Assembly: GCA_003543115.1 (NCBI GenBank) | Contig: DPJH01000036.1 | Location: 9,182 to 73,181, forward strand | Source: Candidatus Moraniibacteriota bacterium | GTDB taxonomy: Bacteria > Patescibacteriota > Minisyncoccia > Moranbacterales > UBA2206 | Reading direction: 5' to 3' | Length of the DNA: 64,000 bases | Part shown: one piece after another, positions 37,191 through 45,678 of the stretch | Numbering within the stretch: position 1 is the stretch's first letter | How the letters are laid out: each line of letters starts with the position of its first letter | Program-made: the position numbers and the translations under genes | The notes under the pieces: generated by a model | What the model saw: the letters and a program-made list of their open reading frames with translations, nothing else | Databases searched by the model: none | Told to the model about the DNA's origin: nothing

Positions 37191-38852
37191 ATGACGGGAA
37201 TAAAAAATAAATTCAAAAAACTGGGAAAAAATTTAGCCAATATCTTTCCTCAAGAATTGAGTCCTCTTTTTTTGATGCTTAATTTTTTAGGAATTATCGG
37301 CCTTCGGACTTTCGAAGATAAGTTCTTGGCCTCTTCTAGTTCTCCCTGGGAAGATGTTATGATCGAACTGATGCATAATTTTTTATTCTTTTCACTGACT
37401 TCTCTTCTGGTCTGGTTGATTTTAAGCTTTTTTCTAAAGAAGAAGCCTCGAGAACTGATTTCTTTAGTGGCTTGGTCCAATCTTTTGGTTCTTCTTCCCC
37501 CGCTTTTTGATATGGTAAAAACCAAAGGGAATGTTTTTTGGAGTTTTTATTTGTTGAGTGATATAAAAACTCTATTTTGGCAATTTTTGACTATTTTTGG
37601 CAATCTTCCGACCGGTATTGTTTATTTCGGAACAAAAATAACCTTTTTAGTAGCAATTTTCTTGATAATGCTGGTTATTTATACAAAAACCAGAAAAATA
37701 ATCAAAGCTTTATCGGCCGGGTTGGTCGTCTATATTGCTTTATTTCTTATGGGCAGTTTTCCCTCCTGGTTTGTTTTTTTAGCGCATATGTTTCAAGGGA
37801 AGAGTCCATGGGAAGTTAATGCAATAACCATAGTTCAATTCTTTGGATCGCCAGTAGAGATTTTGGGTTTTGGAACTGCCACTTTGAAATACGCCTTTGC
37901 TTATCAGATAGGCATGATTTTTTATATGCTGCTGATTTTTCTAGCAGCCGCTATTTTTTATTTGAATAATAAAGAAAAATTCTGGGCTATAATCAAAAAT
38001 GCTCGCTTTCCTCAACTAATTTATCATCTCGGCCTCTTGATAGTGGGAATGGGGCTGGGATTTTGGATGTATCCCCAGAATTGGCATTCCAATTTGTTTT
38101 CTATTTTAGCCATATCAATAGTGGCTATAAATATTGTTCTCGCTTGGCTGGCATCGGTCGTTTTCAATGATATTTATGATTATAAAATAGATATCATTTC
38201 TAATTCCTACCGGCCCTTGCAGAAAAAAATTTTTACGATGGAAGAATATTGGCAATTAGGGATAATTCTATTCATTCTTTCTTTGATAGGGAGCATGACG
38301 GTAAGCGTGTTTGGTTTCATACTATTGCTGGCTTATCAGATAGTGGCCTGGTTTTATTCCGCTCCTCCTTATAGATTGAAAAGATTTCCTTTAATAGCGA
38401 CATTTTTTAGTGCTATTGCCTCTCTTTTGATCCTTTTTTTAGGGTTTATTATGTTTTCAGGCGAAGAAAAATTAGCAATTTTCCCTTGGCGCATCGGTTT
38501 TATGTTTTTGTTCGGTTTGACATTGTCTTTGCCAATGAAGGATTTTAGGGATATTGAAGGAGATAGAAAAGACGGAGTGCTTACTTGGCCGATTATTCTA
38601 GGCTATGATTTGGGGGCCAAAGCAGTCGGATCGGGAATTTTTATTTCATTCGTGATGAGTGTTTTTTTTCTTAATGAGCTGAAGCTTTTTTGGTGGGCGG
38701 TTCTTTTTGGTGGAATTTCTTTTTGGATAGTAAATAATCCTGCTTGGAAAGGCAGGATGAAAAAAGGAGAATTGGTGGGGTGGATTTTGTCAGCAGCTAT
38801 GATCTATGCTTTGGTGATGGCTAAGATATTATTTGCTGATATGATCAAATAG
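37191..38852 (+). CDS. UbiA-superfamily prenyltransferase with a long N-terminal membrane domain (track start 37146)
   Basis: NDIYDYKID..N..RPL, YSAPPYRLK, KDFRDIEGD; ATG 37191 lies 7 nt after TTGTTA-17-TATTAT. Confidence 0.85.
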   Translation: MTGIKNKFKKLGKNLANIFPQELSPLFLMLNFLGIIGLRTFEDKFLASSSSPWEDVMIELMHNFLFFSLTSLLVWLILSFFLKKKPRELISLVAWSNLLVLLPPLFDMVKTKGNVFWSFYLLSDIKTLFWQFLTIFGNLPTGIVYFGTKITFLVAIFLIMLVIYTKTRKIIKALSAGLVVYIALFLMGSFPSWFVFLAHMFQGKSPWEVNAITIVQFFGSPVEILGFGTATLKYAFAYQIGMIFYMLLIFLAAAIFYLNNKEKFWAIIKNARFPQLIYHLGLLIVGMGLGFWMYPQNWHSNLFSILAISIVAINIVLAWLASVVFNDIYDYKIDIISNSYRPLQKKIFTMEEYWQLGIILFILSLIGSMTVSVFGFILLLAYQIVAWFYSAPPYRLKRFPLIATFFSAIASLLILFLGFIMFSGEEKLAIFPWRIGFMFLFGLTLSLPMKDFRDIEGDRKDGVLTWPIILGYDLGAKAVGSGIFISFVMSVFFLNELKLFWWAVLFGGISFWIVNNPAWKGRMKKGELVGWILSAAMIYALVMAKILFADMIK

Positions 38853-39638
38853 CCTTTTCCAATTATTAACAGTTAATTCCTGGGCCCGAACATTTTTATC
38901 TAAAGACACTAAAGACAATATTTCTTCTATTGTCTCTTTTTTTATTTTCAGGCTGGTGGAAAGATTATTAAGAAGCGTCTTTCTTTTGGAGCAAAATCCA
39001 GCCTTGACTATTCTAAAGAATTTTTTATCTTCTTCTTTGTTGAATTTTTTTTGAGGAACTATTTTTATAACCGAACTGTCTACTTTTGGAACAGGGGAAA
39101 ATGCATTCTTATCTACATCAAAAAGAATTTCTGCGCTGGCATAATATCCTACAGAAACCGCCAAAATGCTCATCTGTCCTTTTGCCGCCACAATTCTTTG
39201 AGCTACTTCCTTTTGGATCATGAGAATCATTTCTTTAGGCTGGATCAGTTGCTCAAGAAAGAGTCTTATGATAGGAGAAGTTATATAATAAGGGATATTG
39301 GCGACTACTTTATATTGTATGCCTGATTTGCAACTTGAATCCTGCATGCGCGTTGCATATTTTTCTATTAATGCCGGCAAATTTGTTCTTAAAATATCTT
39401 CATGGATGATTTCTACATTTTTGTTTGGTGAGAACTTATGCTTTAAATAAGGAATTAATGCGTCATCTAGCTCAACGGCAATAATTTTTTTTCCAAGCTC
39501 GGCTAGCTTTTCGGTTAAAACTCCTTTTCCCGGACCGATTTCCAATACAAAATTAATATCAGTGATGTCTGATGATTGGATGATTTTTTCCAAAATAGCA
39601 GGATCTTTCAAAAAGTTTTGTCCTAGTTTTGTAGGCAT
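38829..39638 (-). CDS. rsmA: 16S rRNA dimethyltransferase KsgA (track start 39653)
   Basis: LGQNFL, LEIGPGKG, VANIPYYIT, PVPKVDS. Confidence 0.95.
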   Translation of the reverse strand: MPTKLGQNFLKDPAILEKIIQSSDITDINFVLEIGPGKGVLTEKLAELGKKIIAVELDDALIPYLKHKFSPNKNVEIIHEDILRTNLPALIEKYATRMQDSSCKSGIQYKVVANIPYYITSPIIRLFLEQLIQPKEMILMIQKEVAQRIVAAKGQMSILAVSVGYYASAEILFDVDKNAFSPVPKVDSSVIKIVPQKKFNKEEDKKFFRIVKAGFCSKRKTLLNNLSTSLKIKKETIEEILSLVSLDKNVRAQELTVNNWKRLFDHISK

Positions 39639-39646
39639 AATTTTAT

Positions 39647-39780
39647 AAATCACAAAACCAAAATCTCAAATACCAAATAAATTCTAATGTCAAAGTTCAA
39701 ATTTCCAAAGTGGTTTTGAATTTATGGCTTAGGACTTGTAATTTATTTGGAATTTATAACTTTAGATTTGGTATTTTAAG
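39647..39780. repeat. Degenerate heptamer-repeat element with two mutually complementary halves
   Basis: AAATCAC/AAATCTC/AAATACC units on the left, TTGGAAT/TTTAGAT/TTGGTAT on the right; AAATACCAAAT/ATTTGGTATTT and CCAAATAAATT/AATTTATTTGG pair. Confidence 0.6.
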
Positions 39781-39794
39781 GTTGATTATGTGTG

Positions 39795-40775
39795 CTAATT
39801 TAATACTTGTTCTACTTTCACTCCGATTACTCCCGCTCCGAGCGATGCAATTTTAGTGAAAGCTACTTTGTCTAAATCAATGATTCTTCCTTTTCCTTGA
39901 GGGCCATAATCATTTATCTCTACTATAACAGATTTTCCATTGGCTGTATTCGTGACCTTGGCAAATCCGCCTCTGGGGATAGTCGTACTGGCTGCAAAGA
40001 GGCCTCCTTTGAAAGAATACCATGTTCCTTGTCCTTTTTTAGCCCCTCCAAGTTTCATATAGGTTCCTTTGACCAAAATAGCATTTATAGGTTCTTTGGT
40101 GATATTTTTTTCTAAAATAACGCGCGATATTTCTTTATTGTCCTTATAGGTGATTTTATATTTTATTTCACGAATTCCCTTTTTGCCTGCTTGCTCGGTT
40201 TTTTCCTCTCGCCAACCAAGCTTTCTATCTTCTTTAGTGATGGTTTTGTAATTTATGTCTTCTTCAACAATCTTTTCTTCTACATTGATGCGGGTGACGA
40301 CTATTTTATCTTCGAAGGCAAAGCGAGAATAAAGCGGTTTCGAAACGATATCTAACCGGCCTAAAACAACCCCGTTTTCTTCTAGTATGCCGGAAACAGT
40401 TTTTGTAGAAGATTGATTTTTTATGGTTTTTCCATCAACTTTGATTTCAAAAGGGATTGAATGGTTTATCCTTATATGCATGCCCGAATAAAGAGCTGTA
40501 TTTTTTTCAGGGAATATTTCATCATGGTTTTCGACTTTGATTTTTTGTTCTTGCAGGAAAGATTCCACATTTTGTGCTCGGGTGGAAACATAAAAAACAG
40601 CTTCATTATCCAAAAGAACTATTTTTTTAGAAGCAGAAGAGAAATCCAATGTTCTTTTCGAAAGAAAAAGCGGCTTTTTGAAGAATAAATATTGTCCAAT
40701 AAAAAAAAGAGCCAGCAATGACAAGCTTAAACTGAATAATTTTAGAAGGGATTTTTTTCTGGACATAAACGCCAT
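39795..40775 (-). CDS. YabE/RpfB-like protein: DUF348 repeats, G5 and RlpA-like DPBB domain
   Basis: TM; TVSGILEENGV; G5 QAGKKG...VKGT; VTNTANGKSVIVEINDYGP..GRIIDL; upstream of rsmA. Confidence 0.85.
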   Translation of the reverse strand: MAFMSRKKSLLKLFSLSLSLLALFFIGQYLFFKKPLFLSKRTLDFSSASKKIVLLDNEAVFYVSTRAQNVESFLQEQKIKVENHDEIFPEKNTALYSGMHIRINHSIPFEIKVDGKTIKNQSSTKTVSGILEENGVVLGRLDIVSKPLYSRFAFEDKIVVTRINVEEKIVEEDINYKTITKEDRKLGWREEKTEQAGKKGIREIKYKITYKDNKEISRVILEKNITKEPINAILVKGTYMKLGGAKKGQGTWYSFKGGLFAASTTIPRGGFAKVTNTANGKSVIVEINDYGPQGKGRIIDLDKVAFTKIASLGAGVIGVKVEQVLN

Positions 40776-40813
40776 TATTCTATCATGGATTGATTAAATC
40801 AGCAATTAACACT

Positions 40814-42340
40814 CTATTCAGTTTTAAAGCGGTATTGAATGGCTTCGGCAATATGGGACGGTTCAATATGGTCAAACTCTCCTAAATCAGCAACAGTTCT
40901 GGCCACCTTTATGATGCGATAGTATGCGCGAGCGCTAAGATGCAGGTTTGTTACGGCAGTTTTCATTAATTCTATGCAATTTTTATTAAGTTGGCAAAAT
41001 TCCTTTATTTCTTTGCCGCCCATTTCGCTGTTGGTAATTATAGGTGAATTTTTGAAGCGATTTTTCTGAATAATTCTGGCTTTTTCTACTCTTTGGCGAA
41101 TAGAAAGCGAGCTTTCAGAGGTGAAATTTTCTGCTAATTTTTCAAATTTTATTCTTGGCACTTCTACATGAAGATCTATGCGATCAAGGATTGGCCCCGA
41201 AATTTTTCGCTGATACTTAATAATTTGAGCAGGAGAGCAAGAGCAAGCCTTTTCTGGATCAGTGGCATTGCCGCAAGGACAAGGATTCATGGCTGCTACC
41301 AGAGTGAACCTGGCTGGAAATTCAAGGGTTCCTTGAGCTCGAGAAACGGTTATGATTCCGTCTTCCAGTGGCTGGCGAAGGTTTTCTAGGACGTTTCTTG
41401 AAAATTCAGGAAATTCATCCAGGAAAAGCACGCCTCTATGGCTGAGACTGATTTCTCCTGGTTTAGGATATGTTCCTCCTCCTACGAGTGAAACTGCACT
41501 GGCGCTATGATGCGGAGAGCGAAACTGTCTTTTTGTTATAAGCGGAGTGTTGGTTGGAAGTTGGCCGGACACGGAAAAGATTTTGGTGATTTCTAGAGCC
41601 TCAGGGACGGTAAGTTTGGGCAATATTGAAGGCATGGTTTTAGCTAAAAGAGTTTTTCCAGAACCTGGAGGACCATTAAGAATGACATTATGCCCTCCGG
41701 CAGCAGCAATTTCCAATGCTCTTTTGGCATGCTCTTGTCCTTTTATAAGAGACATTTCGCATAAGTGATTTTCAGCAGTAAAAAGACTGTCTAAATCTAA
41801 TTGAGCGATAGGCATCATTGTCTTTTGTCCAGTGAGATGGGAAATCAGCTCTAACAGGTTGTTAACCGAATAAATGTTTAAGCCTTCTATTACTGATGCT
41901 TCCGGAGCATTTTCACTAGGGACAAATATTTCTTTCAATCCCATTTTTTTAGCCATAATGGCCATAGGCAACACTCCTTTGACCGGCCTTACAATCCCAT
42001 CAAGGGAAAGTTCTCCTAAAAACAGTTTTTGAGCATGATCAAATTTTATTTGTTTGGTAGCTAAAAGGAATCCTAGAGCGATAGGCAAATCATAAGCAGG
42101 ACCTTCTTTTTTAAGATCGGCTGGCGCCAGATTAACAGTAATGCGACCGCATTGATGTGGGGGCTTGAATCGGCTATTTCTGATGGCAGCAGCTACTCTG
42201 TCTCGAGCTTCTTTTACAGCAGCATCAGGCAGCCCTACGATATTAAATTGGTGAAGACCGGCTGAAACTGCATCAACTTCAATTTCGATTAGTTCGCTTT
42301 TAAGGCCGATATTGGCTGTAGAAAGAATTTTTGATGACAA
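40814..42340 (-). CDS. comM: ComM/YifB AAA+ ATPase
   Basis: VGLPDAAVKEARDR, GPPGSGKT, PHHSAS, LFLDEFPEF, NPCPCG. Confidence 0.95.
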   Translation of the reverse strand: MSSKILSTANIGLKSELIEIEVDAVSAGLHQFNIVGLPDAAVKEARDRVAAAIRNSRFKPPHQCGRITVNLAPADLKKEGPAYDLPIALGFLLATKQIKFDHAQKLFLGELSLDGIVRPVKGVLPMAIMAKKMGLKEIFVPSENAPEASVIEGLNIYSVNNLLELISHLTGQKTMMPIAQLDLDSLFTAENHLCEMSLIKGQEHAKRALEIAAAGGHNVILNGPPGSGKTLLAKTMPSILPKLTVPEALEITKIFSVSGQLPTNTPLITKRQFRSPHHSASAVSLVGGGTYPKPGEISLSHRGVLFLDEFPEFSRNVLENLRQPLEDGIITVSRAQGTLEFPARFTLVAAMNPCPCGNATDPEKACSCSPAQIIKYQRKISGPILDRIDLHVEVPRIKFEKLAENFTSESSLSIRQRVEKARIIQKNRFKNSPIITNSEMGGKEIKEFCQLNKNCIELMKTAVTNLHLSARAYYRIIKVARTVADLGEFDHIEPSHIAEAIQYRFKTE

Positions 42341-42383
42341 CTTATTATATTTTTTTATCCGGCACGAGAGATAAAAACTTAAA

Positions 42384-42761
42384 TTAATTTTTATTTTTAA
42401 AAATAGACGATATGGTAATTATAGCACCAAAAAAAATAAATACATCAGCTAAATTAAAAATTGGCCAAAACTTCAAATTTATAAAATCGATTACGCATCC
42501 AAATGTCAATCGATCAATTATATTGGAAAAAGCTCCGCTAAGAATAAGTGTTATTCCGATAGATCTCAGTTTTTGATTTTCAGTTTTTGAAAAAGTATAC
42601 GATGTCAAAAATGCAATGAATATTATCCATAACAGCCAAAATAGGGCGGTTGGCATTTTCACGCCAAAGGATATGCCGGAATTGCAAATATAAAATCCGC
42701 CCGAAAAGCGGATTAAATACTTAGACAATTGGTCAAGTAAAATTGTAAATACAAAAAGCAT
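42384..42761 (-). CDS. lspA: Lipoprotein signal peptidase II
   Basis: DQLSK, NSGISFG, GAFSNIIDRL, VIDFI, FNLAD. Confidence 0.9.
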   Translation of the reverse strand: MLFVFTILLDQLSKYLIRFSGGFYICNSGISFGVKMPTALFWLLWIIFIAFLTSYTFSKTENQKLRSIGITLILSGAFSNIIDRLTFGCVIDFINLKFWPIFNLADVFIFFGAIITISSIFKNKN

Positions 42762-43118
42762 CTAATTGCAGCTTATACAGGTTTTTGCAGAGGGGTTAGC
42801 TTTCAATCTCTCAATATCAATTTCTTGTTTGCATTTTTCGCAAACACCGAATGTTCCTTTTTCTATTTTTTCTAGCGCTGCAATAATATCTTGGAGCTTT
42901 TTTTCCAAAGTAATCTCTACAGGAAGATTGTCTGTATATTCTTCTACTTCAGTCGCATTGTCTTCTCTATCGCTTCCGATATCGTCAAATGTTGTTTCAT
43001 AGTCGCCTTTTTGCGTGTTAATGGGCTTAGCTATGCGTCTAAGATTTTCTTCGAGTTCTTTTTTTTCTTTCAAAAGAGAATTTTTTATATCAGAAAGAGT
43101 GTTTTTATCAATTGTCAT
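42762..43118 (-). CDS. TraR/DksA-family C4 zinc-finger protein
   Basis: DREDNA (DxxDxA) coiled-coil tip; CEKC...ERLKANP..TCISC. Confidence 0.88.
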   Translation of the reverse strand: MTIDKNTLSDIKNSLLKEKKELEENLRRIAKPINTQKGDYETTFDDIGSDREDNATEVEEYTDNLPVEITLEKKLQDIIAALEKIEKGTFGVCEKCKQEIDIERLKANPSAKTCISCN

Positions 43119-43275
43119 AATATTATTTTCCTTAAAATTGTTAAAAGTTAATCGTAGCTTTATTTTAGCAAAAATATCGGCAGATGTCTATTGTTTGGGT
43201 TTGTAAGGATAAATCAAAAAACTAATCCATATTACAACATATCATATAAATAATTGCAGATAATGCAGCTTTAAA

Positions 43276-43683
43276 TTAGGAAAGGTAAATGTTGGGCAGA
43301 TGCTTTATTTTGGCTCGCCGCGTTTCCCAATCAAGCCAAACAGAGATAGCATCAAATCTGTACGATTTATCTTCCCAATGCATTTTTCTAAGGTATACGG
43401 AGGCTATTTTCGCTAGTTTTTGTAATTTTTGATAATTAATATTCTCTTCAGGCATAGTCTTGCCATATCTGGCATAATCCCTGCTCTTTACTTCTACGAA
43501 TATGATCTCGTTTTCTTTTGTGTCTCTGGCTATAATATCAATTTCTCCTATCCTTCGTCCGCAGTCATTCTTAAAATTCATTGCCAATATTTCAAAGCCT
43601 TTGCTTCGGAGAAAATTAGCCGCAACTTGCTCACCTGTTTTTCCTACGGATTGGGTATTTGGAATGATTTTCTCTTCGCTCAT
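43276..43683 (-). CDS. yraN: YraN-family nuclease (track start 43698)
   Basis: GKTGEQVA, GEIDIIA, FVEVKSR, RFDAI; ATG 43683 lies 6 nt after TATAAT. Confidence 0.9.
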   Translation of the reverse strand: MSEEKIIPNTQSVGKTGEQVAANFLRSKGFEILAMNFKNDCGRRIGEIDIIARDTKENEIIFVEVKSRDYARYGKTMPEENINYQKLQKLAKIASVYLRKMHWEDKSYRFDAISVWLDWETRRAKIKHLPNIYLS

Positions 43684-43718
43684 GACTATATTATACATAA
43701 AATTTCACTTTTGGAAAC

Positions 43719-44260
43719 AAAAAAAACACCTCTATGGGTGATATAGAAACCTAGGGTGTTACAGAGGTATGTACCTAAATAATAAAATATTGGACAACAT
43801 ATAACACCCAAAGGTGTTCGTCAATGTGAACGCGTCGGACTTTTTGAGTCATTTGATTGGGTGAGAACCATTTAACCACTAAAAGGTCTAGCGTGTAATG
43901 TTATTACTTACACATTGAAAAGTTTAGTATTATTCTGACTTTACTTAATACTTTTTGACTCTCTTACCATTCTCTGGCACTTGGCCTTTGAATCGTCGGT
44001 AACTACTTGGAGAAGCATTTATCGAATTGCTGCTCGAAGTAGTTACCAACTTGTTTTAAAGAACATTTTTTATTTTTTGTTTTTATTTTAATAAAAATTT
44101 TTTTGTTTTTATTTTAGGGTCCTCCGGTCAGAAGTCGGAGGCGGCTTCAAGATGTTACTTGAAACACTTGAACAGTAGAGAGGTTTCAATCGCAAATAGG
44201 GGGAAATTGCGATTGAAGCTCCTCTACCGTTACTGGAATTTAATTTTCAAGGATCACTAT
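43719..44260 (-). ncRNA. Candidate large structured ncRNA (~540 nt), family unknown
   Basis: Own promoter; at least seven stems; ends in a stem plus U8; the ATG-started ORFs I found on this strand are at most ~25 codons. Confidence 0.55.
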
Positions 44261-44266
44261 GAACTT

Positions 44267-44295
44267 ATTATAGCAAAAATAAGCGGCTAGGTCAA
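44267..44295 (-). promoter_or_regulatory. Strong sigma70 promoter facing the non-coding region
   Basis: TTGACC-17 bp-TATAAT with extended -10 TG. Confidence 0.75.
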
Positions 44296-44456
44296 TCATT
44301 TGGATCATCATGGTTAAGAAAATGCAGCATTCATGGGATAAAAGATATTTATAGTTGGATGTATGCTATCGCAATGTTTTTTTGTTGAATAAATAATTAA
44401 AAACTCTTTTTTTAAAATGAAATTTAATTTTAGATAAAAGCGGGTTATTCAACAAG

Positions 44457-44465
44457 TTATCCACA
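44457..44465 (+). promoter_or_regulatory. Perfect DnaA box outside oriC
   Basis: TTATCCACA in intergenic DNA. Confidence 0.5.
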
Positions 44466-44511
44466 GCTTATACTATTAATTCCAAATAAAAGGTATTGTC
44501 GGCAGTCTAAA

Positions 44512-45585
44512 TTATAGATTTGCTTTGTCTAGGATGGATTCGATTGTGAATTTGGTTGTTGTTATAATAAGTTTATTTCCTTGAAACGCATAATCAATCG
44601 AAAGCTTTTGGGCGGAAATCAAATTTTGATATCTGATAGTATGATTTTTGTATTGAGTGCTTTCAAATGGGGATGTGGGAATTGCAAAATCTGAATATGG
44701 CAGGATGGAAGCAAGCTCCTTATATAAAGAAGTTTCTTCTTGGGAAATTTGATTATTTGCCAACAGGGGATCTGTGGTATTTAAAACCAGACCCACTCCG
44801 AAATTTCCATTATCATCAAACAAAAATAAGCTGAATTTTTTTTCTAGAGAAGATAATATCTCAGCAGAGAGGGTTATATCGGCCATCTTTGCAAAATCAG
44901 AAAATGATATAGGATTATTTTCTTTGTCTACTACTGTAAATTCTATCGGTGTTTTTAATTTGGCGGTAACAATGTTTTGAATTTTGGATTCTAATGTTTT
45001 TTTAAGCGATACCGGATCAATACTGGCAATGTCTATGACAAGATAATTAGGGCTTTCTGCGCTTATTGTCAGAGCAGTATCCTTTTCTTCTAACGGATTT
45101 TCTTGAGCAATATTTAATGATGGGCTGCTTTGAATTTTATTTTCTGGGGATTTTCTCGTAGTAATGAAATAATATGTTCCAATGCCAACAAAAATAATAA
45201 TCAAGAAGCTCAATAAAAGCAGAATTTTTTTTGAACCGGACGACTCGGACATTTTAATATTAGAGTCGATCTTGGGTTGGATGATCTTATTTATTTGTGC
45301 ATAATCTTGTTTTGATTTCGGCCTGCTTTCATCTGAAAGATTTGATTTTTCGGGGGGAGTAAGAAAAGGACTGCTTTTTTGCTTCTCGTTCAATTGCAAT
45401 GATGGATTTTCAGGAGATGATTTTTCCGGGTAAAGAGTTTTCTTCATTGAAGGATTTTCAATTTCTTGGATATCCTTTTCCATTGTATGAATAATGATAT
45501 CTTCAATTTTGTAGTCTTTTTCCTGGCTTAAATTATTGTTATTTTCTTGGTTTTCATCAACAAATGTGCTTTGATTTCTAAACAT
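44512..45585 (-). CDS. Bitopic membrane protein, function unknown
   Basis: Disordered N-terminus (IHTMEKD), one TM, globular C-terminal domain. Confidence 0.7.
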   Translation of the reverse strand: MFRNQSTFVDENQENNNNLSQEKDYKIEDIIIHTMEKDIQEIENPSMKKTLYPEKSSPENPSLQLNEKQKSSPFLTPPEKSNLSDESRPKSKQDYAQINKIIQPKIDSNIKMSESSGSKKILLLLSFLIIIFVGIGTYYFITTRKSPENKIQSSPSLNIAQENPLEEKDTALTISAESPNYLVIDIASIDPVSLKKTLESKIQNIVTAKLKTPIEFTVVDKENNPISFSDFAKMADITLSAEILSSLEKKFSLFLFDDNGNFGVGLVLNTTDPLLANNQISQEETSLYKELASILPYSDFAIPTSPFESTQYKNHTIRYQNLISAQKLSIDYAFQGNKLIITTTKFTIESILDKANL

Positions 45586-45625
45586 TTATTTATATTTTAA
45601 TTTTTTTCATCGATTGTTTATATAA

Positions 45626-45657
45626 AAAATAGAGACAATCTTAATTGTCTCTATTTT
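45626..45657 (-). terminator. Terminator after pnp
   Basis: AAAATAGAGACAAT/ATTGTCTCTATTTT. Confidence 0.65.
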
Positions 45658-45678
45658 ACAATAAAATATTCTTTTTGG

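Noticed and set aside
43719-44260. RNase P RNA, tmRNA, SRP RNA or small CDSs
   Set aside because: No GAGGAAAGTCC, tRNA-like ends or SRP loop motif on either strand; ORFs found are at most ~25 codons and cross stems
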